A stretch of 64,000 bases of DNA from a bacterium. GTDB lineage: Bacteria > Zhuqueibacterota > Zhuqueibacteria > Residuimicrobiales > Krinioviventaceae. The notes beneath the pieces were generated by a model. That model worked only from the letters and a program-made list of their open reading frames with translations. It ran no database searches and was not told the DNA's origin. The translations under genes were made by a program, and so were the position numbers. The stretch covers positions 6,144,001 to 6,208,000 of the forward strand of contig OY843751.1 in NCBI GenBank assembly GCA_963693055.1, in the 5' to 3' direction. This document shows positions 42,759-52,547 of the stretch, piece by piece (position 1 is the first letter of the stretch; each line of letters begins with the position of its first letter).

Positions 42759-43713
42759 ATGCAGGATAAAATCATTAAAAGGATATTAGCACAAGCAAAT
42801 GTACCTGAATTAATGGAGGTTTTGTTAAAAAGACATTTCTCCCACTGATTTTCAATCATTACTCTTGATGTATTATGAAAAAAAGAGCAGCCAGATAAGT
42901 GCTTCTCAGTTGCTTGAAAAATATATGAATGGTCGCTTTGTTAAACCCGCGTCTATTTCTCCACGAAACTTGCTCGAGTTTGAGCGTCTTGCCTATTCAA
43001 TTTTACCGAAAGAGTATGAGCTTTTAGAACTTTCGCCTACAAGTCCGTTTGGCACGTGTTCGGTAATTGCCGATATAAGCCAGAACAACATTATAACCAC
43101 CAGCCGAAATTCTGAGGTTGTTTCAGATTCAACCAATGTTATGGCACTGGAAATTGCTGCACGGCGAAAAGAGCTATTTCAATCCAATCCCAAAACTGTT
43201 GAAAAGATCAGTTTGTGTTCCAGCCATCGATTGCTTAGAACCCAGAAGTATCAGGGTAATGCATCGTTTCCACATTTTCGGGTTCTCAGTTTATGTACCG
43301 GTGGAAGAGATATGGGGTCTTTTAGGTTTGAGACGGAAACCGCTTTGCAGCATATTCGCTATTATTTGGATATTACTCAAAGGGCTATCAAGACGGGTTA
43401 TAACGTAAAATCAGTAACTGTTAAAATTTCTCTGTTCAATTCAAATAGAAAAGAGTTTATCACTCGACATTTAGTAGAGCCACTTTCTGAACAGTATCCT
43501 GAATTTGTTGTATGTCTTGATAGCGACAAGAGTAAAAGTGGCTATTATAAAGAAATGGGAATTCAAATTCTAATGGGAAATGATAAAGAGAGTGATCTCT
43601 TGATTGTAGATGGCGGGGTAACAGATTGGACACAAAAATTATTGAGTAATAAAAAAGAGAGAATGTTTATTAGTGCTTTGGGGAGTGAACGTTTTATATT
43701 TTGCTTTCAATAA
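42759..43713 (+). pseudogene. Class II aminoacyl-tRNA-synthetase-like catalytic-domain protein with a +1 frameshift at the A5 run 42827-42831
   Basis: GAGG SD and ATG at 42759 read MQDKII...EVLLK; the +1 frame continues DISPTDFQSLLLMYY into the 282-aa ORF; motif-2-like HRLLRTQ...HF and motif-3-like LGSERF. Confidence 0.55.
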
Positions 43714-43833
43714 AGGGACTGTTCAAGTCAGTTTATTCGTCAAGGTTCCGAATAAATTTTGTTTCAAGCTGAAATCGTATTTCAACTTGAATTTTCTTAT
43801 TTAACGATAAACAGATATTTAAAAACAGTCCCT
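43714..43833. mobile_element. MITE-like non-coding element, 120 bp
   Basis: 10-bp TIR AGGGACTGTT/AACAGTCCCT, flanking TAA repeats at 43711-43713 and 43834-43836, two internal hairpins. Confidence 0.6.
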
Positions 43834-43841
43834 TAAAAAAA

Positions 43842-45284
43842 TTAAGCGTTGCCAAAATCTTTTTGATATTCTACAAGCAATTTATCTGCCCAATTGTCAA
43901 TGGCTTCCATCTTGCCGAAAAAGAATCTCAGTACAGGTGGTTCTTCTATAAAATTCAATCCGCCTACCAGTTCACGATGTTTGTACAACCAGGTGAGACG
44001 ATCTACAACATATTCAATCTGTGAGACGGTGTAAACACGACGGGGAACGGCGAACCGGGCTAGTTCAAGATCAGAGGGAACTTCATTGCCTGCCTTGTCG
44101 CGGTCCATTGAAACCGTACCACGTTCCATACTACGAGCTCCTGAAACCAGATAAGACGCAGCAGTTAATGCACCGGCAGGATATTGTACCTGTGGAATGT
44201 GATCAACAAAACGCATAGCATCTACGTGACATGCAAGACCTCCCGGAGGTGTAACCACGGGCACACCTTCTTCTACCAGGCGCTCAACAAAGTATTTGAT
44301 CATTTCAACAGAAGCACCGGCTACATCTACATTTGTCATTTCTCTTATACCAACTGCCATGGCTTCAACTTCTTTTGTAGACATGCCGCCATAGGTTGAA
44401 AAGCCTTCATACAATGGCAGTGAGGGTAGAATGTCTTCATAGAATTTTTTATTATTGGTTGCAATAAATCCACCACGTACACTACAGCTTTTACGGCCAG
44501 AGAGGTAAAAGATATCACTCAAACTACAGATTTCTTGTATAATGTCTTTGATGGTTTTATTTTTAAATTCGTCTTCGCGTTTGTGTATCATGTAGGCGTT
44601 TTCAGAAATGAGACTACCATCAACCATAACCGGAATACCATATTTTTCTGCCATTTTGCGAACAGCCCGAAGGTTTGCAATAGAGAACGGTTGACCGCCT
44701 ATGAGGTTGGTTGTACATTCCATTCGAATAAATGAAATCTTTTCGGGACCATGTTCATCAATAACCTGCTGAAACAGGTCCAGATCCAGGTTGCCTTTAA
44801 AGGGATCATCAAATTGTGGATCGATAGCCTCCTTACGAAGGATTTCAAGCACGGTACCACCCAGAATTTCAAAGTGGGCTTTGGTAGTGGTAAAGTGGTA
44901 ATTCATGGGGCATACATCACCGGGTTTAACAAAATAACGTGCTAACAAGTGTTCAGCTGCACGACCCTGGTGAGTAGGAAGAACATATTTTAAACCCATA
45001 ACCTCCTGAACAGAGTCTGCCAGTTTATAAAAACTTTCAGAACCTGCATAGGCATCGTCAGATACCATCATAGACGCGAGTTGGTTGTCACTCATTGCAT
45101 TGGTACCACTGTCTGTCAACATGTCCATAAATATGTCGCGGGTTCTTAAGAGAAAAGTGTTGAAACCTGCTTCTTTAATGGCTTCCAGTCTGCGATCTGC
45201 TGATACTAAATTTGAGCTTTGAACAATTCTTACCTTGTGCATCTCCATTGGGAGTTCTTTACCGTTAGAGAGACGAATGATCAT
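43842..45284 (-). CDS. tnaA: Tryptophanase-like PLP beta-eliminating lyase (tryptophanase/tyrosine phenol-lyase family)
   Basis: DMLTDSGTNAMS, HQGRAAE, FKGN.D, GGQP.S, SGRK (PLP lysine), TYGG, ERG, PRRVYT; substrate not resolvable from sequence. Confidence 0.75.
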   Translation of the reverse strand: MIIRLSNGKELPMEMHKVRIVQSSNLVSADRRLEAIKEAGFNTFLLRTRDIFMDMLTDSGTNAMSDNQLASMMVSDDAYAGSESFYKLADSVQEVMGLKYVLPTHQGRAAEHLLARYFVKPGDVCPMNYHFTTTKAHFEILGGTVLEILRKEAIDPQFDDPFKGNLDLDLFQQVIDEHGPEKISFIRMECTTNLIGGQPFSIANLRAVRKMAEKYGIPVMVDGSLISENAYMIHKREDEFKNKTIKDIIQEICSLSDIFYLSGRKSCSVRGGFIATNNKKFYEDILPSLPLYEGFSTYGGMSTKEVEAMAVGIREMTNVDVAGASVEMIKYFVERLVEEGVPVVTPPGGLACHVDAMRFVDHIPQVQYPAGALTAASYLVSGARSMERGTVSMDRDKAGNEVPSDLELARFAVPRRVYTVSQIEYVVDRLTWLYKHRELVGGLNFIEEPPVLRFFFGKMEAIDNWADKLLVEYQKDFGNA

Positions 45285-45445
45285 TTATACCTCCGAATGC
45301 ATTGTGTATATGTTTAACTTTTTTTAAATTACCAGGCTGGACAATAGGAATAATAATTTAATATATAATATTTATAGTGCAATGAAAAAAACAGCGCATC
45401 ATAAAAAATAATGGCTGTTTTAAAAAAATGTTGAAATGTTGAGGC

Positions 45446-46570
45446 TTATAAGGATTGTTCCAGGGCGAAAGAAATATATTGTGTGTTATAGTGGTAATAT
45501 AAATCGTTGGATTGGTTATTTATGAATGTAATGGATATTGACATTTTTAATGGAGTGAGGTTTGATGCAAAACGTATTTGTTTTTCAAGCGATGCCCAGT
45601 AGGTATAACGGTTGTCAAGACGTGTACGATAATCTGAAAAAACATTACCTTCAATGTCCATAGCCAGGCGGTTTTCATAATCTTTATTTTTCATTGAGCT
45701 GCCCAGGGTAAATGACAACTTCCAGGGCAACCTCTGTTTTAATTTTAAATCAAATTCCGTAGAGTGGTATCCGTATATATCATCAAAGATCTCTTCATCT
45801 GAATAATAAAATCCGGTTTCAGTACCCAGGTAGCGGGTAGAGTTGCTGAGATTGCGACGAACCATTAACTGGCCACTGAGTCCGGTTTTCGGAGAAATGC
45901 TTTGTGCCAAACGAATCAACCCCACAAATTGATTGCTATTGTTATCTCCAAGTGTTACAATTTCCGGAAAATTTTCTACAGGTGATGTATTGCTTTCAGT
46001 GCTATAATATTTACTCATTAAATCGGTTTCAGCAATAAGGGTGGTACCACTGTTAAAGAAGCGGCTAACGCGCAGATAGAAACGGCTTTGTGTGTTTGAA
46101 AAAGGTTCAAGAACATCATATTGTTGCATGTCCATCTCTATTCCCGCGTATCCGTAGAATTGGGGAGTAAGAACAAGTTTAATGTTTGCATACAGATTGC
46201 CGGACTTGACATTGTACCAGCTATATGCGTCGCTGTGATTTCTTGAACCAAAACTAAGGCCTGCATTAATGCGGTTTCCTTTTTGACCCAAATAGTTGTA
46301 AAAAGACATACCAAAATCGTTCACCATATAATTTTTGTCAGAATATTGGTTGTATGCTGAATATGAGCCATCATAGTAAAAACGAATACCACTGTTTTCC
46401 TGAATCCAGTCATGGTTGGCATATGCATTGAGCCATGTATAATAATCACTGTTTTGGCGATAGTTGTTGAACGCATTGTCAGTATAACCGCTGGATGTTT
46501 TGAGCAAGAGCCCGGGTTGTGCAAAAATCAATGCTGGCAACAAAATTAATAATATAATATAGCTTTTCAT
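45446..46570 (-). CDS. Outer-membrane beta-barrel protein, cotranscribed with the Ca-binding repeat protein
   Basis: Signal peptide, Y.DN motif, Tyr/Ser-rich amphipathic strands, GAGG SD. Confidence 0.65.
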   Translation of the reverse strand: MKSYIILLILLPALIFAQPGLLLKTSSGYTDNAFNNYRQNSDYYTWLNAYANHDWIQENSGIRFYYDGSYSAYNQYSDKNYMVNDFGMSFYNYLGQKGNRINAGLSFGSRNHSDAYSWYNVKSGNLYANIKLVLTPQFYGYAGIEMDMQQYDVLEPFSNTQSRFYLRVSRFFNSGTTLIAETDLMSKYYSTESNTSPVENFPEIVTLGDNNSNQFVGLIRLAQSISPKTGLSGQLMVRRNLSNSTRYLGTETGFYYSDEEIFDDIYGYHSTEFDLKLKQRLPWKLSFTLGSSMKNKDYENRLAMDIEGNVFSDYRTRLDNRYTYWASLEKQIRFASNLTPLKMSISITFINNQSNDLYYHYNTQYISFALEQSL

Positions 46571-46589
46571 AACACACCTCGATAAATAG

Positions 46590-46617
46590 AGCAGCGGTCA
46601 ACCAGATGACCGCTGCT
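46590..46617 (-). terminator. Intercistronic hairpin (leaky terminator or mRNA stabiliser)
   Basis: 11-bp stem AGCAGCGGTCA/TGACCGCTGCT with only a weak U-tail on the minus strand. Confidence 0.65.
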
Positions 46618-46632
46618 TTTAACAGGAAAAGA

Positions 46633-47355
46633 TTAATTATTACCACCTTTGCCGTTACCTCTGCCTTTGCCAGGAGTTCCGCCAGAATTACGACCAAAGC
46701 CGGTTCCCATATTAGCACCACGTCCCAAACAATCTTCCGGTTTCACCCAATCTGCATCCTGTCCATTAGGGATACCATCACCATCAGCATCCGGAGCATT
46801 GTCGTTAATACCGTCACCGTCTTCATCTACAAAGCCGTTCATTCCACGTCCCTTGCCCTTGCCAAAGCCGTTTTGACTACCGGCAGCTACATAATCTGCA
46901 TCCTGTCCATTAGGGATACCATCGCTATCAGCGTCCGGAGCATTGTCGTTATATCCGTCGCCATCTTCATCTACAAAATTACTTGCGCCCTGGCCTTTGC
47001 CGGCACCATTGCCTTGACCTGCTTGTTGTACATAGTCTTCATCTATACCATTGGGAATGCCGTCTCCGTCAGCATCGGGGGCATTGTCGTTATATCCGTC
47101 ACCATCTTCATCAACAAAGCCTGCGCCGCTAACACCCTGGCCGTTACCGGCGCCGCTGCGTACATAGTCTTCATCCATGCCATTAGGAATTCCGTCGCCA
47201 TCAGCATCGGGAGCATTGTCGTTATAACCGTCACCATCCAGGTCAACGAATTTAGGGCCATGTTCAGTGGTTTGAGAGAATACAGCAGGAACGCTCAAAA
47301 AAGCGATCATTACAAAAGCAAGAAACAGAGCAGATAATGTTTTTGATGTTTTCAT
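46633..47355 (-). CDS. Secreted acidic protein with four DxDGDG Ca-binding-type repeats and Gly-rich linkers
   Basis: AGGAG SD, signal peptide, 4x FVDxDGDGxNDNAPDADxDGIPNGxDxD[YW]. Confidence 0.85.
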   Translation of the reverse strand: MKTSKTLSALFLAFVMIAFLSVPAVFSQTTEHGPKFVDLDGDGYNDNAPDADGDGIPNGMDEDYVRSGAGNGQGVSGAGFVDEDGDGYNDNAPDADGDGIPNGIDEDYVQQAGQGNGAGKGQGASNFVDEDGDGYNDNAPDADSDGIPNGQDADYVAAGSQNGFGKGKGRGMNGFVDEDGDGINDNAPDADGDGIPNGQDADWVKPEDCLGRGANMGTGFGRNSGGTPGKGRGNGKGGNN

Positions 47356-47405
47356 GATAAACTCCTTTATGTTTTAGTTTTTTAATCATTTCTAACCTTT
47401 GTAAG

Positions 47406-47421
47406 GCAACCTGTGTGCCAA
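47406..47421 (-). promoter_or_regulatory. Sigma54 (-24/-12) promoter for 46633-47355
   Basis: Minus strand reads TTGGCAC-ACAGG-TTGC, matching the consensus, 50 bp upstream of the ATG. Confidence 0.9.
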
Positions 47422-47498
47422 AAAAGTAATGCAAACCTAAGGGATTATAAATAAAAAGGTTGCGCTAAATTGTAAAAATTGTTACTATATACAGGTTT

Positions 47499-47533
47499 CG
47501 ACAATTTGGTCGATCAATTCGACCAAATTGTCG
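47499..47533. promoter_or_regulatory. Enhancer (UAS) for the sigma54 response regulator
   Basis: Two CGAC-N6-GTCG sites 21 bp apart, together forming a perfect 15-bp inverted repeat CGACAATTTGGTCGA/TCGACCAAATTGTCG. Confidence 0.75.
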
Positions 47534-47562
47534 GTTTGTGGGTATTCAATACTGGAGAAGTT

Positions 47563-49650
47563 ATGAAGTCCTTTTTAACGGAAAGACCGGTAGAACGCAG
47601 TACTGTTTTCAGCCCCCGTATATTGGTATTACTGTTTATTATTTTTGGATTTTTAATGGTACTCTATTCCGTTATGGAATTGATGGCAAGCAAGCGTGAA
47701 CAGGTACATATTATGGAAGAACAGGCTATTGCCATGATCACAGCTATGCAAAAAAGCAGTGACAATGCAATTCGTTCTTTTAATCTTGTAGAAGACCTGC
47801 TTGCTGAAAAATTGTTAAGTAATGTTCGTTTATTAGAGCAAATGGATGCAAATGGAATACTCACAAAAGAAGCTATTGTTCAAATTGCAAATGAAAATCA
47901 AATTTTCCGCATCAATGTCTTTGATGCAAACGGTGTTCGTGAAAAAAGCAATAGTGAAGCAGGACGTGGAACAGGCCAGGGAATGGGACTGGGTTTAGGT
48001 ACAGGTCAGGGGATGGGCTCCGGGAGAAATGTGAATTCTAACCAGCGTTTGTTTGATTTGCTTGATAATCCCGGCACTGACGAACTGGTCATTGGATTTA
48101 AGCAAAGCAGGTTCAGCACTGGAAATCGGTTTGCTGTTGCTAAAAAGAGACGCAATGGCGGGGCCATTGTTCTAAATATTGATGCCAACGATATGCTCAA
48201 TTTCCGTAAAACTATAGGAATCGGCAGATTGGTAAGAGATGTGGGAGATAGTGATGGAATTGAATATATTGTATTACAAGATAGTACGGGGATATTGCTG
48301 GCGTCTGCAAACATGGATTCTTTGGTAGCGATAGATAATGACACTTTTTTAAAAGAGGTGGTTCATTCTGACCAACCCAAAACACGATTCACCAACTATG
48401 ATGGGAAAAATATCTTTGAAGTTGTTCAGCCATCCATACCGGGGATAAAAGAAGTTATGCGTATAGGCCTGTCAACCCGGCATCTGCAGGAAGCGCAGTC
48501 AAGTGCGAAAAGGCGCGTGTTTATTGCATCCATACTGTTTCTGGTGGTTGGTGTTATGGTGACCAACTGGATGGTTGGAAATCAAAACTATTCATTGTTG
48601 CAAAATGCCTATAACAAGATAGAGAGCTATACGGGCAGCATATTGACCCATATGGATGAATCTGTCATTGCAATTAATATGGATAAACGTATTACACTGT
48701 TTAATGAAACCGCGGAAAAGATGTTTGAACGCCCTGTAGCTGATGTGCTGGGCAAACCCTGTGATGAAATAATACCCGAACTTTGTGAATATTTGAAAAA
48801 GGTGGTTGAAACCGGCAAGGATGAACATTATCCATCACTGGTTTTAGATATAAACGGTCAATCCCGAATTTTAACCATGAGCGTAAATATAGTACCGGAC
48901 AATGAAAGAGATAAAGATATTGTTTTTGCAGTTGTTAAAGATATTACAAGACAAAAACATCTTGAAGAAAATTTGGCACGCAAAGATAAAATTACGGCTA
49001 TGGGGCATTTGGCTTCGGGCGTGGCGCATGAGATCAGAAATCCTCTTAACGCAATCAGCATGATTGCACAACGCTTCAAAGTAGAATTTGAGCCAGCATC
49101 GGATGTTGACGAGTATAAGCACTTGTCGGAAACCATGGTCAAAGAATCGAGAAGAATTAATGACATTGTACATCAGTTTTTGGAATTTGCCCGGCCCGCG
49201 GATTTGAGTCTCGCAAAAACGGATATACCCGGATTATTTAAAGAAATTGAAACCTTGTTAAAACCGCAGGCGGAGCAAAAAGGTCTAACTTTTCTTGTTG
49301 AATGTGACGCGCGCCTGGAAGCAACTATTGATGCTGATAAATTAAAACAGGTGCTATTGAATCTTGTGCGGAATGGTATGGAAGCAAGTAATGCAGGTGG
49401 TACAATTCGCGTTAAAGCCGTTGATACTGATGACAAGATCCGATTAACGGTGCAGGATGCAGGTAAAGGCATTGCTCCGGAACATCTGGATAAAATTTTC
49501 AACATGTACTTTACAACGAGAGAAGAAGGTACAGGATTGGGTCTCAGTATTGTACAACAGATTATTTCTCAGCATAATGGAACCATAGATGTAGAAAGCA
49601 AAGTAAATCAGGGCACAATATTCACCATTCAGTTACCCAAAGGAGTTTAA
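47563..49650 (+). CDS. Membrane sensor histidine kinase (ZraS/AtoS-like, cytoplasmic PAS)
   Basis: Two TM helices, PAS, AHEIRNPL, NLVRNG, D.G.G, GTGLGL; GGAG SD before ATG 47563. Confidence 0.92.
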   Translation: MKSFLTERPVERSTVFSPRILVLLFIIFGFLMVLYSVMELMASKREQVHIMEEQAIAMITAMQKSSDNAIRSFNLVEDLLAEKLLSNVRLLEQMDANGILTKEAIVQIANENQIFRINVFDANGVREKSNSEAGRGTGQGMGLGLGTGQGMGSGRNVNSNQRLFDLLDNPGTDELVIGFKQSRFSTGNRFAVAKKRRNGGAIVLNIDANDMLNFRKTIGIGRLVRDVGDSDGIEYIVLQDSTGILLASANMDSLVAIDNDTFLKEVVHSDQPKTRFTNYDGKNIFEVVQPSIPGIKEVMRIGLSTRHLQEAQSSAKRRVFIASILFLVVGVMVTNWMVGNQNYSLLQNAYNKIESYTGSILTHMDESVIAINMDKRITLFNETAEKMFERPVADVLGKPCDEIIPELCEYLKKVVETGKDEHYPSLVLDINGQSRILTMSVNIVPDNERDKDIVFAVVKDITRQKHLEENLARKDKITAMGHLASGVAHEIRNPLNAISMIAQRFKVEFEPASDVDEYKHLSETMVKESRRINDIVHQFLEFARPADLSLAKTDIPGLFKEIETLLKPQAEQKGLTFLVECDARLEATIDADKLKQVLLNLVRNGMEASNAGGTIRVKAVDTDDKIRLTVQDAGKGIAPEHLDKIFNMYFTTREEGTGLGLSIVQQIISQHNGTIDVESKVNQGTIFTIQLPKGV

Positions 49651-49652
49651 TA

Positions 49653-51014
49653 ATGGCCAGGCATACCATACTTGTAGTAGACGATGAGGCCCCGCAGCGA
49701 GAAGCATTGTCCGGGTTTTTAAAGAAAAAGGGATTCAACATCTTGACTGCTGATGGTGGAACCCGGGCACTGGAAACTGTCAAAGACCAAGCAGTAGATA
49801 TGATTTTAACGGATATGCGTATGCCGGAGCTGGATGGTTTGCAATTGTTACGGGCAGCCCGCGATATAAATCCCAATATTGAAGTTGTGGTTATGACCGC
49901 TTATGGAAGTATAGAGAATGCTATTCAGGCCATGAAAGATGGAGCATCTGATTTTATTACCAAGCCGGTAGATCTGGAACAGCTTCAGATAACGGTGAAC
50001 AAGGTGCTGCAGCACAAACAATTGGTTGATGAAAACCAGCGATTAAAAGAAATGGTAAAGGACCGTTTTAATTTTAGCGGTATTATTACCAAAGGGGAGG
50101 CTATGAATCCGCCTCTCAGTATTGCGTCTAGGGCCGCGCAAAGTAAAGCGACCGTATTGATTACAGGGGAAAGCGGTACGGGTAAGGAACTGGTAGCCCG
50201 TGCCATCCATTTTGCAAGTCCTCGTGCTGAAAAGGCATTTGTGGCTGTGAATATGGCTGCCTTGAGTGACAATCTGGTTGAAAGTGAGTTGTTTGGTCAT
50301 GAAAAGGGTGCATTTACCGGAGCGGACAAGCTGAGGCTTGGACGATTTGAATCTGCACATGAAGGTACGTTGTTTATCGATGAAGTGGGTGAAATTCCAC
50401 TCAGCACCCAGGTCAAGCTGTTACGGGTGTTGCAGGAACAGCAGATAGAACGTATTGGATCTTCAGCCCCTGTCAAAGTGGATGTGCGGGTTATTGCCGC
50501 AACCAATCGCTCGTTAGAGGATATGGTACAAGAGGGCACATTTAGGGAGGACCTGTATTATCGGCTCAATGTGGTCAAGGTCGAGTTACCGCCACTACGT
50601 GAACGGAAATCCGACATATCTACGCTGGCTGACCATTTTATGAAAAAATATGCAGAAATGAACGGCAAAACCGTAACCGGAATATCTAACGATGCATTGG
50701 ATACGCTGATAAAATATCGTTTTCCCGGTAATGTGAGAGAGCTTGAGAATATAATGGAGCAGGCTGTGGTATTGTGTCGTGATGATGTGATTGGATATGA
50801 TGATCTGCCGCTTATGGTAACACAAAATGCTTCAACAATGCGTTGGAACCTCGAGGATGGTACCTTTCAGGAGCGCGTTGAAGCATTTGAGCAAATGCTG
50901 ATTAGAGAAGCACTTGAAAAATATAATTCAGTGCAAACCCATGCCGCAGAGTCTCTGGGTATGACGGAACGGCATTTACGTTATAAAATGCAAAAATATG
51001 GTATGAAAAAATAG
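49653..51014 (+). CDS. Sigma54-dependent response regulator (ZraR/NtrC family)
   Basis: Receiver domain, GESGTGKE, GAFTGA, FIDE, FREDLYYRLNV, C-terminal HTH. Confidence 0.95.
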   Translation: MARHTILVVDDEAPQREALSGFLKKKGFNILTADGGTRALETVKDQAVDMILTDMRMPELDGLQLLRAARDINPNIEVVVMTAYGSIENAIQAMKDGASDFITKPVDLEQLQITVNKVLQHKQLVDENQRLKEMVKDRFNFSGIITKGEAMNPPLSIASRAAQSKATVLITGESGTGKELVARAIHFASPRAEKAFVAVNMAALSDNLVESELFGHEKGAFTGADKLRLGRFESAHEGTLFIDEVGEIPLSTQVKLLRVLQEQQIERIGSSAPVKVDVRVIAATNRSLEDMVQEGTFREDLYYRLNVVKVELPPLRERKSDISTLADHFMKKYAEMNGKTVTGISNDALDTLIKYRFPGNVRELENIMEQAVVLCRDDVIGYDDLPLMVTQNASTMRWNLEDGTFQERVEAFEQMLIREALEKYNSVQTHAAESLGMTERHLRYKMQKYGMKK

Positions 51015-51015
51015 A

Positions 51016-52257
51016 TTATTTTTTCCCCAACGCAAAAAGCTGTGATTCGGTTTTAAAAATAATCCGTCCCTCTGCCGCGGCAGGGGTGCATTGACTGTTT
51101 TCTCCCAAGGGGATGACCGAGGCCACACCACCTGTTTTACCGGGATTGATCACAATGACCTCGCCACTTTTTGAAATTACATAGATTTTTCCATCTGCCC
51201 AGATGGGGGAACCAGAAATTTGTCCGGAAGGTTTTTCTTTCCAAAATTCGTTGCCTGTCAACAGATCCATACAGATAATATTGCCATTGTCCAAAACATT
51301 GTAAAAGAGGCCATCTTTGATTAACGGAGTAGGCAGGTACGGTGCCTGGTTGCGTTTTTTCTCGTAAAGAGTCTCCAGTGTTTTGTTGGCTTTGTCAATA
51401 CGCATGACAAGTTCTAGACCTTTGCAGGTTCCAATCAGCAGACCGTCAACAAGTTGGGGAGTTGTAATGGCCCTGGCGTTTGTGATCATTTCTTCCCATA
51501 TAACCTTGCCGGTATGTACATTAACGATGGTCATGCCGTGCGATTCGCTCATGAACAACAGTTCAGGAGATTTGGGGTCATTGTTATAGATAACCGGTAA
51601 CGCAAAGGAATTGCTGGTAACGGTTTTTCTTTCAAGCTCCCATCGTATTTTACCGGTTTGGCGTTCAACAGCCACCCATGTACTTTTATATGGGCCATTC
51701 AGTTCCTGCTCCCGTGTAAAAACAATGGCATCCGCAAAGACGATAGGAGAGCTGCCGGCACCGTGGCGGGAAAATACGCCTTCGAACTCGGATTTCCACA
51801 CCTGATTGCCCTTGTGATCAAAAGCGAGCAGAAAAACGGATTCATCCGAATACCACAGACTGTAGACATGGTCCGCGTCCGCACAGGGGGTTGATGTAGC
51901 AAGACTGTTAGAGGAGTTCAACTCGTCAGCAAAAATTGGAAATTCTTTTTTCCAACGGACCTCACCAGTTGCAGCATTGACAGCATAAAGATACCCGGTA
52001 GTATTCTCTTCATCAGCACTGGTGGCATATACCGTATTTCCCCAGATGATGGGAGACGAGTGTCCGCGACCCGGCAGTTTGAGCGTCCAGAGATAATCCT
52101 TTATAGTCCATGTTTCCGGCAGATTCACTGCGTTGCTAATACCCCTTCCATTGGGACCGCGATATTGGGCCCATTCCTGTTCCTGTGAGAACAGGGTGTT
52201 TTGTAGTACAACCAGCAATACTGCAACGACGATACTCATAGCGTTTAACGTTTTCAT
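51016..52257 (-). CDS. Secreted PQQ-binding-like beta-propeller protein
   Basis: Signal peptide, W.QYRGP.G.G, SSP, TG...W repeats. Confidence 0.85.
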   Translation of the reverse strand: MKTLNAMSIVVAVLLVVLQNTLFSQEQEWAQYRGPNGRGISNAVNLPETWTIKDYLWTLKLPGRGHSSPIIWGNTVYATSADEENTTGYLYAVNAATGEVRWKKEFPIFADELNSSNSLATSTPCADADHVYSLWYSDESVFLLAFDHKGNQVWKSEFEGVFSRHGAGSSPIVFADAIVFTREQELNGPYKSTWVAVERQTGKIRWELERKTVTSNSFALPVIYNNDPKSPELLFMSESHGMTIVNVHTGKVIWEEMITNARAITTPQLVDGLLIGTCKGLELVMRIDKANKTLETLYEKKRNQAPYLPTPLIKDGLFYNVLDNGNIICMDLLTGNEFWKEKPSGQISGSPIWADGKIYVISKSGEVIVINPGKTGGVASVIPLGENSQCTPAAAEGRIIFKTESQLFALGKK

Positions 52258-52547
52258 CGGACTTCCCCTTGTGCTGTAAGAGATTGCTGTATTTGTTGGA
52301 AAATACGTTAATTTTTACAGGAAATCAATAAAATTATTTGGGTGGAGTGCAAAACTGGTGCTTTTCGCTGTAAAGAAATGTAAAATTTCAAGAAATACTT
52401 GCTGAATGGTTTTGAAAAAAATTTTGTTAAATTGGTTTGGTGAGCAAAAGAAACCGTTGAAGAAATAATTGAAAACATTAACCAAATGGCAATCGATTAC
52501 AAGTAATATAAATGCAAATCTGTGTCATCCGTTTTATGGGTGTTCAA

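Noticed and set aside
45285-45445. TnaC-like leader peptide upstream of the tryptophanase-like gene
   Set aside because: The only short ORF checked (MMRCFFHCTINIIY) has no Trp and no TnaC features
46606-47337. 243-aa plus-strand ORF
   Set aside because: Antisense shadow of the Asp/Gly-repeat gene, which has the SD, signal peptide and promoter
47479-47562. TTG-start extension of the histidine kinase
   Set aside because: It overlaps the enhancer palindromes; ATG 47563 has a GGAG SD
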